Assembly (NCBI GenBank): GCA_013239625.1
Contig: MU053652.1
Location: 806,001 to 870,000 of the forward strand
Origin: Lama guanicoe
Lineage: Eukaryota
Direction: 5' to 3'
Length of the DNA stretch: 64,000 bases
A program made the translations under genes and the position numbers. The notes beneath the pieces are model-generated. The model saw only the letters and a list, made by a program, of their open reading frames with translations. It searched no databases and was not told the origin of the DNA. Positions 37,191 through 50,479 of the stretch are shown in pieces. Numbering within the stretch: position 1 is the first letter of the stretch; every line of letters starts with the position of its first letter.

Positions 37191-40100
37191 AAAAGAATGA
37201 TCATGGATCTCGTTCATTTCATGTCATCAAAACAAAACATTAAAGATGTGATGCTCTTATTTATCCAAAGATTGTTTTTAAATGACCATTATCATATTGG
37301 TCACAAAAGTCATACAAGTCCCACTCAGAAATTTGTATTCAAGAGCAGACTATTAAATCATTAAAATAAACCCACAGTCTCAGATGTATCAGGCTCACAG
37401 ACAAAGGTATAGTTATTAGCAAAACTCACAAAAGGGCACTAGAAGCAAAAGCAAATATTTGATTATGGTTACTGGGAATCATTAAGACTTCATCTAGGTG
37501 AGCTTTTTTTTTTTTAAAGCTGATGGAGGAAGATTTTTATACTTAACAAACCTTGGTTATCCACTTGCCCACCCTCTCCCTGATACAGGACACTCCTCAA
37601 GTCTCCTGAGCTATTCTTCAACCAAGACTCAGTCCTGCGCTTTACTTTAAATTTATCCCTACTTTAAGGGCTTGGCAACTACCACACAGAGGATTAATGT
37701 ATTTCATTCCCTGACCTGAATCTCCGAATCCGTTGCTTTGAACCCTGAGTTTTCTTTCAACCTTCCATTATACTGGCCAACACCAACCCTCATGCTCATA
37801 AACATCTAATTTCATAAATTAGACTTATCAGGATCTTAAGAACATGGACTTCTTTTTTCCTACTATCTGTTTCTGCTGGAATAGGATATCCTTATCAAAT
37901 CAGGTATTTCAATGGGCAATGGGATTAAAGAAGAGAGTTTCAACACTCAATGTAATTTTCCCAATAGAAACTTCAACAATAAGCATTTATAGATTTCATA
38001 GTTAAATATCTATATCTATATCTATATATATATAATCATATAAACATACATGAGTCAATCACTATTAAAGACTGATTGTATCATACTTAAAAAGTAAAAG
38101 TTTTCTTTCCAATCATCGCCAGCAAAGATTTTTAAATAGCCTTCTTCCAAGTCCATCATCCACCACTATATAAACGGAACCCATAGCAAACCAAACAAAG
38201 CAGAAATGTTGCCAGTAGAACAGCTGACACCCTTACCCCACCACTGGGAATTCCACAATGTAATAAGGTTACTACCAATTGTAAGCTTCTTAAAGCAAAT
38301 CAAGTTCCTTAATTAACTGATTGATGGAGCTATATCAAACCGTATTCTTTTTGTAAAAAACCTAGCATTAGAGGAGAGAAAAAAGACCTAGATTATTCTT
38401 GGTTTTTCCACTCCACTGAATAATAATCACTGCTTCCTTTAAAATGATTCATATTAAATTGCTATGCCTTACCTGATTCCCCTAATTTTTATAAATTCAT
38501 TATTTCTGCCTACCCTTGATACTTAAACATTTGAATATAGGTATATATGTATTTAATTCACACTTATTACAAAAGGATATCATTTCATGTGCTTTTATTG
38601 AAGTTATTTTATTATTTTCTTCTACAAATAACAAGACTTTCAAAGTTGGGAACTATATTTGTATATGTACTTGTAAATGTGTGTATTTACACACAAACAT
38701 GTAATACCATTTTGCAAACCTTGTGAAAACCAGGCAACTTCTTCCCCCTACCTCCAACAAATGCACATACAATGTTGGGGGTCACAGATTTCCTGTAAGC
38801 CATCCATGAAACCTTATTCCCCCAACACATGCCCACATAGGTTATTAATCCCTAATTCATCTGCATAAAGGCTCCTATATTATGGATTTGTCAATGTAGA
38901 AACATTTTCCAACAAAAAAAAAACCTATAAACATAATGCTATAAATTCTTCAGCATTTACTGGACACCAAAAAAGCACATAATCATCAACATCCAAAAAG
39001 ATCGGCACTGCAGCTGATGGCTACGAATCTGACAAGATCAACTCCTCAGCCTCTGGCTGGCAGTTTTCCCTCCTCCTTTCCCCCAGATTACACTGTGGCC
39101 AATTTTCATCCAGCCAGTGATGGAGACTCTTCACCTACAGAGAAAGGAGGATTAGGCAAGACTGACAAAGCTGAGAATCAACAGTGGGACTGTAAGAATG
39201 ATAGACTAGCTCAATGAATCATGCTCCCAAAGTAGAGATGCTTTAGGAAGAAAAAGGCAATGACAGAAATCACTTACTATATAGGTGTCATATGGTCTCT
39301 TCCATTCATGGTTAGCATAGTCCAGAAACTGCATATGAAGCCGTTATTAAAAATAACCCCCAAGATTCTAACAAAAGCTCCTACCCTTTGTGAAAATAGA
39401 AAAATGAAGTCTGGGAGAACATGAGATAAACCAGATATACCCAGGCCAATTAACAAGTCTTCAACCCCTCCCTAACCTCCATGCCAAGCCTAGGAAGGGA
39501 TCCTTCACCTATGTCAAAAAACAGGCAGTCCAGAAATAATACGCATCAATAGAGTCACATATGCAGAACACCATCATAGGCGCATAAAACAAGGCAGTGA
39601 AGAAAAGGGTTGGTGATTTAAAATACCGTCAAAGTCCCTTTACTTAGGAATCTTAGAACCTAATGGATAAAGAGAAGATAAGAGTGCTACCCAGGCAGAG
39701 TGAACTAACACAAAAGATGCACTGCTCCTCTATTTCTCAACTGGAATTAGACAGAAGTCTAAATTAAGAGAAGGTGAAAAATATTTTTCCAGAACAGATG
39801 AATTTTCATTACATTGTATCTCCTTGGGGAGCACCAATTACGCTGATGACAGCATACACTTTCTTTTACAGGAGGTCTGGGGTTGCCTGACTTCTTAATA
39901 CAGATACCTAAGCTTCACAAAGGTCACTTATCATTAAATGGTAATCTATGTCTCCCAACTATGTCTCAAGTGATTTAAAATCATTGAAAACATCAATGAA
40001 AATAAATAGACCCCAAACCACCATTCAGAAAAGAAACCTCCTTTTCTAATCAAAGAAATTTTGGCTTCTCTCCAAAACAAACACTTTACATATTCTTCAG

Positions 40101-41644
40101 CCACTGAATATCTAAAAGAAATTTATTGGCAAAAGATGGAATAATAAGTAATAATGCAGGAACAAAATATATTGCTATGTTTCTAAAACATATTCCAAGC
40201 AGACATTTACAACAGATACTCTGCATAGCAAATAGGCCACTAAACAATCAGGCAATTCAGGTTCTTGCATTTTCAGATTTTTTTGTTCTTCCACTCCTGT
40301 GAATTTTCCATTGCCTTAATAGCAATCTGAGAATTAAAATCAAAAGACAATTTTTTTTACATATAATTTCACACTCTCCCACCCCTGCTTTGCTGTCAAG
40401 TGTCTGACCCTGGTTTGATAATCTCATTTCCTGAGAATCAAAAAGCTGGAAATTTAAGCTTCCTAGAGTGTTAATTGCGGCCCTGCTCTATTGCTAATCA
40501 AAAAATTGGATGTTTTGCATGAAAATGCTTCTCTAATTAATTCTCAGTCATAAATCGCCCTGGTTTTAATAACCCCTCCTTGATTGGATAGCCTTTGAAG
40601 AGACAGTGCAGCTAATCCGCTAAACTAGAAAAAACACATGCAGAGGAAATAATAAGTGGGCTTACAAGGTATGAACTAGATGATTGCATTAATACTGTCA
40701 AACCAAAAAAGTGAGTCTCCTTCCCAGGCCCTTTATGCCTCATCCTGCACCCTAGTAACATAAACCAGGAAACCAGGAATCGTGAACAAAGGCAATTGCC
40801 CAAGAGGTAGACACCACATATCTTCCTTCCATAAAATATCTATTCCTAACATTTTTGTGTAAAAGGCTTCCCTTGACATTCTTTTTTTCCTGGAAACTGG
40901 AGATCCAGCAAAGTCCACTTGGCACATTGTCTATTTTAATCAGACAGGGTTTTTGCTTCCCCCTTTCCCTCTGCTTCTGACTGACAATATATTATCATAT
41001 GTATCTCTAAGAGGTGCTGAACTGAATTTTCATTATCCCAAATGTCAAGATTCATTTTTGTCATCAGAGAACACAGCTGGTCTACACCAGCAGCCCTTTG
41101 ATTAATTCAAATGGAACAAGTCACCTATACATAACTTCATTTTCCCTGGACTAGGTCTTGCATTCTGCAAGTTTTAATTTACAGCTTGTCAGTTTAAGAT
41201 ACCATTTGCTGCCGTGGTGACACTCAAAGAAAAATAGAAAGTCTTAATTAGCAGCACTTTGCATTAGTCCTGTGAGTACTAATAAAGGCAACAATTGGGA
41301 ATTTTTAGCTTCAGAGCAGGAGTTATTTAGAACTCACTCACTGTTGTTTAATAACACTACACAAACTTTCAGAAGATGCTATAACTATATAGATACACAA
41401 TAACCAGTGCTTTTAGTAAGCACTATTTTTAACATAAATGAGTAAAATAGTTATCTCTTATCTCTGTACTTAAAAACTTCATGGAGGTAAGTATTTTAAA
41501 AGTTACTCCAAAAGAAATATCATAGAATAACAGGTCTCAATCAATTATGACAACAAGAGAAAAAAGATCTGAGGTAAATTCTAACTTGAATATAGAATGC
41601 TCAAATCTACAGCTGTATAGCCTTCTACATCAGTACTGAATTAA

Positions 41645-42356
41645 AAATGTGCAAACCACCACAATAAAACACCACTACACACTCATTTGAAAGTCTGAAG
41701 TTAAGACTGACAAATCTAAGGTTGGCATATACTGCTCGTGGGAATATAAAATGACATACTCAATTTAGAAAACTGGCATTTTCCTAAAAAGTTAAACATA
41801 CAATACCTACCATATTATCCAGCAATTCCACTCTGAAGGATTCCCAAGGGAAATGAAAATATATGTCCCACACAAAGACTTGCACATGAATATTTACAGC
41901 AGCATTATTCACAACAACAAAAACTGAAACAACCCAAACATACATCAACAGCTGGAAGGATAAACAATGTAATATACCCACATCTATGGTGGTATATCCA
42001 TACAACAGAGGACTACTCTGTAATACAAAGGCACAAACGACTGATACAAGCAACAATATGGATGAAGGTCAAAATCATTATGTTGAATGAAAGAAGCCAG
42101 ACATAAAATTGTACACTATCTGATTCTGTTTATGTAAAATAGAGAAATTGCAAACTAATCTCTTGTGACAGACATCATTTCAGTAGCTGCCTGGGGCTGG
42201 GAATAGAGGGAGAAACAGAGGACAAGAGGACACTAAGAAACTTTTAGGTGATGAAAATGTCCTGGATCCTGACAGGGGTACAAACCTATCAAAACTCATC
42301 AAGTTGTTCATTTTAAATGAATGAGCCTTAAATATGTAAATCATCTCAATAAGGTG
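41645..42356 (+). mobile_element. Old L1M (L1MC/ME-like) 3' region
   Basis: atccagcaattccactc...aaatgaaaatatatgtcccacacaaagacttgcacatgaatatttacagcagcattattcac...catctcaataa. Confidence 0.85.
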
Positions 42357-42799
42357 GAGAAATGCACAAGCCATTTCAAATGCAAGTTATTTTGCAAAAC
42401 ATATATAATGAAACTCTATTATGTTAATTGTTCAACTCTATCATGTCTTGCTTTTCTGACTTCAGTCAAGTCACTTAACTTTATGAGCCATGGTTGCTTA
42501 ACCATAAAAAATTAGAAAACAAGGCCTACTTAACAAAATGATTATAGGAATCAAGTGACAGTTATGCATATACTCAAAAAGTGCCATCTCAATAACTTCA
42601 CCCTCTCCTCTCAAATAACATTAGTTCCCCTTATCTTCCTTCTTAGTATAATCTAGGATATATCATATATCTTCTAAAGAATTATTAACATACTGGAAAA
42701 GGCTCTGAACTTGGAGAGAAAAGACCTAAGCTTCTATCTAGTCCATCATTTGGTAATGGGCAATATTGAACTTCTTTTCATTTCCAAAAAGCAGAAATG

Positions 42800-43850
42800 T
42801 TTATTGGGAGCTTACTATACACCAGATATTGGACAAAGAGGTTGATATGTAAGGTGAACACAACTGACACGGTTCCTCCCTGTGTAGGACTTGAAATGAG
42901 TAATACACATTTCAAATAAACAACTATAAGCAATTAATTGACTAATTATAATCAAGCTACAAATAAGGAAGCTAACCTAGTTTGGGGAAGTTTAAACAAA
43001 CAAAACAAAAAAGCTTCCCTAAGGAAGTAACAGTTAAGAAGATAAATGAAGATACTCCAATATTGTACAACACAGGGAATATAGCCAGTATCCTATAATA
43101 ACTATAAACAGACCATAACCTTTAAAAATTGTGAACCACTACATTGTATACCTGTAACTTATATCATACTGCACATCAACTGTATTTCAATTTAAAAAAG
43201 ATATGCCCTGCAGAATTTTTTAGAATACTGATTGACATATGGTAAGTACTTAACAAGCATTATATAAAAATCTTTTCATAAAGCAGAGAACTAAAGATGA
43301 CAACTAGCTGTCAAGAAGGAGAAGACAGAGGGGCAAGCCACTTAAGGAGGCCCCAAGGCCTGAATGATCGTGACAAGTTCCGAGAAGTCCAATACGGCCG
43401 TGGTGAGAAAAGGAGGCCAAGGAGAGGCTGTGTGTAAGTGGTGGCCAAATCATGCAGAATCTTATTAGCCATATTAAGGACATGGGGTTTAGTACAAGGG
43501 ACCTAAGATACCACTGAATACTTTGAAATCACTCTGGTTCCAGTGTAGCCAGTGGTTTGGAAGGACTTAAGGTAGAGACAGTAACAACCAAGAGGTGATA
43601 GCAGTTAGAAATGCTTGGATAGGGCAAGAGACGTTTGAAAAAGAAACAGTAGGTGGGTTTGTAACAGTAGCTGGGTTAGAAGTAACAGAGTGTGTAGAGC
43701 AAAGATGGAAGGCAAGAATGACTGTTAAATGAAATCAGGTCTGTTGAAGAAGAGCAGGTCTGAGGGTGGTGGGGAGAAGCGGAGATCATGAGCTTGATTT
43801 GGACATGTTCAGTGTCTGGTGCCCACACGCCAGCCCAGAGGGATAACAGA
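42800..43850 (-). mobile_element. L2 LINE fragments, interrupted by a short L1 tail
   Basis: tgtttattgggagcttactatacaccag...ggccaaatcatgcagaatcttattagccatattaagga...tttggacatgttcagtgtctggtgcc. Confidence 0.65.
43060..43199 (+). mobile_element. Short L1 3' terminal fragment
   Basis: ttgtacaacacagggaatatagccagtatcctataataactataa...tcaactgtatttcaatttaaaaaa. Confidence 0.8.
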
Positions 43851-44212
43851 TGCTGTCTGGCTTGTCTTAAAGGTTTATCATAATGATGCTCTTTACTGTA
43901 TATGTAAAGTATAATAAAAAAAATTTTTAAACTGTTATCTTGTACTATAATGTCTACAGAAACACAGAAAACCTATTAGAACTCCACTCTTTCTCAAAGC
44001 CCCTTTCAGCTTCTAAATTAAAGTCATAGAACCATAGGGGCAGGGAGTAACTGCAAGATTGACGGCTCAAGGAAACTTGGGGTAGGAGGGGAAAACTCAG
44101 TTCAAAATTCCTTGCTTACAGCAAGAGAACTAGTTTAGCAACTTCCATCCATTTGTCCAAGGGAATACTTGGAAGTCTCAAAGGAAGAATCGTGAAGTAT
44201 CAAGACTGGGTA

Positions 44213-44818
44213 GTATATTCACTTTCTATTGATGTGTAACAACTCACCACAAATTTAGCAGTTTAAAGCAACATCCATTTATTACCTCACAACTTCTGTA
44301 GGTCAGGAGCTCAGGCACGGGTTAGCGAGGTCCTGTGCTCCGGGTCTCATTAGGCTGAAATCAGGGTTTGAGCCAGAGTTCCAACCTTACGAGAGGCTTG
44401 GGGTCCTCTTCCCAGCTCACTCAGGTTGTTGGCAGAATCCAGTTCTTTGTGGTGATAGGACCTTGTTTTCCTGCTGGCTGTTGGACAGGGGTCGCTCTCA
44501 GCTCCTGGAAACCTCAGGACTTGGCCACATGGCCCATCTTCTCACAAGAATTATTTCAAGGCTACTGTCTGTACTGTTTCTTGTCTCTTTAAGGACTCAC
44601 TTAAAGACAGGCTCACCAAGAGTAATCTCCCTTTTGATTAACTCAAAGGTAAATCATTGTGAACTATGATCATATCTGCAAAATCCCATTACAGGCGCTA
44701 TATGATGTAAACTAATTATGGGAGTGATATTCCATCATATTCACAGATCTGGACCACAAACAGAGGAATTGTGAAGGTCATGTGTCATTGGGGTCAATTT
44801 TGAGCTCTGCCTACCACC
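44213..44818 (-). mobile_element. MaLR solo LTR (MLT1E-like), near full length
   Basis: ttctattgatgtgtaacaactcaccacaaatttagcagtttaaagcaaca...gttggcagaatccagttctttgtgg...tctgcctaccac. Confidence 0.85.
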
Positions 44819-45164
44819 AGTGGGAATATCAATATGATACATGTAATAAAGACAGAATTCAAAATAGAAAGCCATTAACAAAAAAAAAAGAAAGAAAGAA
44901 AAGAAAAACAGGCAAAGAGGGAAGAGATATTTTTATATTTCACCTCAAAAGTGATAGCAGATTAATAGGTAATTTCTAACAAGAAAAGCCACCCAAGAAT
45001 TCTGGGTAAAACTGTACATACAAAGTAGTACTTCCTAGGAAGAACACAGGGCCATTTTACTATGAAAAGCTGTAGTACTGTAAATCAGTGCATCAGGAAA
45101 TAGACTGTCAACTGAATATTCATATCCAGAAGTGAAGAGATCTTACAGTTTTTTTTTAAATAAA

Positions 45165-45810
45165 GTACACATTCACTAGAATGGTGAAAACCTAACAGGT
45201 TGATAAACTCACATGTTAGTGAGACTGTAGAAAAATGAAATTCTCATACAACTTCTCATTAATTTCTGTAATTGTGAAATGCCTGTTAGTATCTTCTAAA
45301 GCTAAACATAGATTTAGCTCATGAACCAGCAATTTCACTCCTAGGTTTATATACTCCCAAGAGAAATGAGTGCACATGTATAGAATTCTTCATAGAAGAT
45401 TTATGTATCATAGCCGAAAGTGGAAATGATAAATATCTATTAAGAGAGAGAATGAGTAATTTGTCCTACAGTCTTACAGTGGGATATACAGCAGTAAAAA
45501 ACTGATACCCTGAATAACATGAATGAATCTCACAGGCATTATGTTGATCAAAAGCAGCAAGACACATAAGACACTGTATGATTCTCTTCATACTGAGTCA
45601 AAGAATACAGAAAATTAAGTGATAGCATTAGAAATCAGAATCGTAGTTACCTCGAGGGTAACTGGGGCTGGCTGGGAAATGGCATAAAAAACCTTCTGGG
45701 GGCTGGTTACATGATTTTGCATATATATGTAAAATTTTAGATGTCTATTCAAGATAAGCACACTTTACACACTTCATTGTAGGCATATTCTACCTTAATA
45801 AAAAGTAAAA
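45165..45810 (+). mobile_element. Old L1M (L1ME-like) 3' region
   Basis: ccagcaatttcactcctaggtttatat...aacatgaatgaatctcacaggcattatgttga...accttaataaaaag. Confidence 0.8.
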
Positions 45811-47919
45811 TATAATAAAATGGCAATAGTTATAATGAAGAAAATGAGGTAGAAAAAAGAAAGAACAGAAAGAATTTAGTTCTTAGGGAACTAAAGCTCA
45901 CATATCAGAGAGAATTTCTGTTGATACAATTTATATTATTACTTCTAAAAGTATCTGAAGCAGCAACAAATTTCAAAGTGTAAAATAAAACAATTATGGC
46001 TAAAAACTATACAAACACCTTCTAAAATTGAGCTAATTATTCCATCTGGGCATTATATTTGCCTAAAAATGTCCTAGAAGTGAAGGTAAAAAAACAAAAC
46101 AAAAGACGTACTGTCTGATTTGAGGATGACAAAGGATTTCAATTCCTTAAGAAATAAGACCAAATTCTGTATTCATTCTGAGAAAACTATTAAGTTAATC
46201 AGAGTAAACAGTCTTGAAATGATCTGAGTCAACCCCTCAAATTAGACACCAAAGAATTTTTGTGGCAAAAGATCCTCTCAAAAAATTTTTTAAATGATTC
46301 ATGAAATATTTAAGAGTTGGAATTACTGATTCCAGTAAGAGTCACAGACTCTACAAAGGGAAGATAATCATCAATGAATGAATGGTTTGTCCCATCAACA
46401 GCCTTTCATCAGTCCTCTTTCTGTAGCCATCTGTTGGGAGTGGTGTCCACACACAGTTCATTGCTCACCTTCCGGGCCAAGTCAAAAATTTCCCTATCAG
46501 AGTAGCCGTCTTTTTTTTTTTTTCCCCACTTTGTTTCAGTCATCTTCTATAGTTTTTAAGAATTTGTTGTTTTCAAACAATCATTTCAATTTATTTCCCT
46601 TTATGGCACTAAGTCGAGCTCTCTGCTAGCTCTAGGATGTTTTTAGGTTAAGAGTTATTAGCAAATCATGAGTTAGAGTATAACTTTCTTCTCACTTTTC
46701 GTCATCACAAGTAGCAAGGAAATGATTTTAAATTGGAGGAAAGAGGAAGGCAAAACAGCAATGTACAGAAAACATTATCAAATGCTCAGATGTGCAAGTA
46801 GTTAATTCATAAGTGGAAGGAATGTCCATGCCACCTTACCCTGCTATTTTTGTCAGATACTAATCATTCTAAATTATTTGTGTCATAAAATTCAGTTAGT
46901 GACATTGAAGATCAAAATATCTTTGAAGAAAAATGGCCATTCTCAGTACTTACGTGAATATTTATCTCTGGGGCGGATATAATCGGGAAGAGCAGATCAC
47001 TGAAGAGTCACTGAGCACTGTCGTCTCTATTAGAGACAGATCTGAATTCCACCTAAACTACTGCAGTGGATGCCACTTACCACTGTAAGATTGTGATGAT
47101 CACCGAGATAAACATGTTTTCTCAACACTCTCCTTAACTAAAAGGACTTTTGTCAAAGAAAACAGAAAAGAAGACTAAGAGTTTCAAAGGACCATTCTAG
47201 GTGATTCTATTTGGATTTATCTGTCCATTACCATGCTTAGTCATTTTTTTGTTCTTTTTATCCTCACTATGGCCCAATGAGACAAGTATATTATATTCAT
47301 AGTTTATAGAAAATGAAACTGACACACCAAGGAGTTAATTTGCCCAAAGTCACCCAGGTAGGAAGCCTGAGTGCAGACACTACACCCTGAGCCACTAACT
47401 AGTCCTCAGGCACAGATCTAAGAACAGAGAGTGACCGAGGGGCTGAGATCCAAGAATCTAGAACTTTGGACAGAATGAGAGTCACAGAAAATCAATTAAC
47501 TGCTATTTACAATTGTGCAAAATCATAAAGCCAGTTATTAAGAAAGATGGATGGTAGCTTGATTTTAATAATAAAAATACAGGATACATCTAGAAGTACA
47601 AATTAAAGAATTCACATTCTTCAGAGACGTAAAAGGGCACTACAATTAATAGACCAGTCAAAGCCTAGAAAGGGGAAGGCATTGTCTGCAATGTAAAAAT
47701 AGAGAGGAAGAGGGAGGGAAGGAAACTAACTCCAATACTCTGCACTTAGGAAGGAGAACGGTAATGGGTAATCAAATACTGCTGAATGCCTTAATTATGA
47801 GGGAGTTCATAACAGATTAATGTGATTAGTTAACTGAGCTAAAGTTTGATTACATGAGATAGATCTAAATAAAACTAAGAGAGAAACATGCAAATATATA
47901 TTTTAAAAAGCTTTCTTCA

Positions 47920-48640
47920 CCCCTAACATCCCATAAAAACTACTTCTCTTCTTGTGTTTCATATCTTAATAACATCACTAACTACCCAAGTCACCAGCTG
48001 GGAAAACTGGGAATCAAGCCTGCCTCCTGCTCAAACTCCACACAGAATGAGTCATCGTATCTAACTGATTCTACCTCGAAACTGGCTTTTAGATCTATCC
48101 CCCTCCTCCATCCTCACTGCTATTACCCTTCTAAAAAGCTGGCATAATCTTCTATAAGCTCTCACCTGAAACAACACACAACCTGCCTTCTTGTCCACAA
48201 CCTCCCTGCACTAGATTCACCCTCCACAAGCCACCAGATGATTTAACATAAAGTACAGCTTTGATTATGTGACTCTCCTGCTCGAAATCCTTCGAGGACG
48301 CCCTATCACTCACAGGACAGAAACCATGCCTGCTGCTGTTACACCAGGTCCTCTGAGATCTGCCCACCTGTCTCCCTCACCTGGGTTCAATCTTCCTCAT
48401 GTGCTTCAACCACAACGAAACACCTACAGTTCCATGAAGCTCCTACACAGCCGTGTGTTGTTTTATATCTTTTCCCTACTTAACAGTTGAATGCCCTTCC
48501 TCTGGTCAGTCTGGTTAACTCATCTTTCCATTTCCAATACAAAGATTCCTCCTTTGTTATACCCGCTGTGACTCCCCAGGGAATGTTGTGCTGTCTCTTC
48601 CACATTCCCCAAAGTACTTATAACATTCATTAAAACTGTC
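47920..48640 (+). mobile_element. L2 LINE fragment
   Basis: ctgattctacctc...cctcactgctattacc...tgattatgtgactctcctgctcgaaatccttc...tgaatgcccttcc. Confidence 0.7.
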
Positions 48641-50014
48641 AGTGTTTGCACGTCAGGGTACCCAGAACTCTCTCATACGCAGATGCTCCAGGAGCAGGAC
48701 CCAGAATACAGTTGGCCTAGAAATGTTGATGATATATTGTCACCTCCTATATTATCAATTACAAGAACCCTAAGAAAGTGTCGCTAGCTTCATTACACAG
48801 ATGAGTAATCTAGGGCTCAACAGGTAAAGTGACCTGCCTAGTAAAACCAAGATGAGCAGCGAGGTCTCCTTCCACTCAATCACGATGCTCCCTTAGCTAC
48901 TCAAAGCACAAACAGCTGCACCAATATTCTGCATATGAACCTCACTAACCAACTGAACAGGGACATGTAAATTAGTTAACTGGTGCTGAAATCAGACATT
49001 AATGTGCAAACAAACAGGGACTTATTTGAGCTAAGTGGGCATGAATATGTAAATGAACTGGCTGCAATTCAGTAGATGTCATCACAATTCTAGGAATGAA
49101 CATCCTATATTATGACTATTACAATATTCATGCAGCATTCATACATCATATCCTATATTACTGTAATATGGGCTTTTCAAGTTTAAAACTGTGGCGAAGC
49201 CAAAAGTAACTTGGTGTATATTTTCATCCGCACCACACTTACTAGCTGGAAATGCAACGTGAGCACACAGAACTCTGCCATCTCCATACAGAACCAAGCT
49301 GCCACTTGCAGCCTAAACTGAACAAGGTACTTTGGAATGAGGATGGGCTGGTTCTTCAAGATCCAGGCACTGCCAATATCTCCAGCCAAATCTACCATGC
49401 ACAGTCTGATGCAGTACGTTACAATGGTTGTGTTTAAAAGTTATTTTTTCTGTTGGGTTTTTAATAATAAAGCAGTAAAGCTAAACCATTTGAACACCAC
49501 TCAGAAAACCCAGTGTGTGATTACATTTAGCTTTTGCTCTAATATAATAATGACTTTTATATTCCTGTCATCACCAATACACCATTGGTTTTATCAATTC
49601 TTAATCTCTTAATTGTTAACAATGAACAACGGCCAAAGCCATTGACAAGAGCTTTGGTGTCCTTTCTACTCTCTCTGGTTCCCAAAAGTAACAAATTATC
49701 ATCAGTAGAAGTCTGTATACATAAACTGATTTCCTTAATTAACACAAAAAGTTATTTCCAATTCATGTTATGAAACAAGAAAAGCCTCTCACACTTTGGT
49801 GTATTTATCCCCCATGCCCACTGCCTGAAATGCCAACCCCCTTCCTTCTTTATCTGGAAAGCGTCTCTTCATCCTTTATAAGCAGCTTGAACCTTCAAAG
49901 CTTATGAAAGCCTCCCTGCCTTTCCCAGAACTTGTATGCACATCGCAGTTACATACACATACAACTCTCTCACAATGCATATCAGAGCTCTGATCACATG
50001 TTTGCATGCTGAAT

Positions 50015-50479
50015 GAATTAGGATCTAAGTAGGGCTGCAAGTAATAGAGAATCAAAATACTAGGGACTTAAACAAGACAGTTTATTTATTTATTCTCAGA
50101 GAGAAGTATGGATCGTATGGTGGCTCCAGGCATCAGTGTGGCACGTCACAGTCAGTCCTAGGAACCCAAGCTCCTTTGATCCCGTTGCTCTGCCATCACT
50201 ACTGCCCACCATGCTTCATTCATATTGTGCACGTGAACATCTTCACACAGCACAAGTGCACCAGGTGGGCGAGGAGAGCCCACTCTTCCCCTTTAAGACC
50301 TGAAGTTACGCACATCACTTACTGCAAATTCTATTGGTGAGAAGTAAATTAAAGGTCTATGGCTGGCTGCAAGGAAAGCTTAGAAATATTTCTATTTGGG
50401 GTGGTCACATGCCCAGCTGAAAATCAGGGGCTCTGTTAATATAGAACAGATGCTGGGAGACAAGAGCCAGTCTCTGTGA
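50015..50479 (-). mobile_element. MaLR LTR (MLT1J-like)
   Basis: ggctgcaagtaatagagaatcaaaatactagggacttaaacaagacag...ggctgcaaggaaagcttagaaatat...gtggtcacatgcccagctgaaaatcagggg. Confidence 0.75.
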
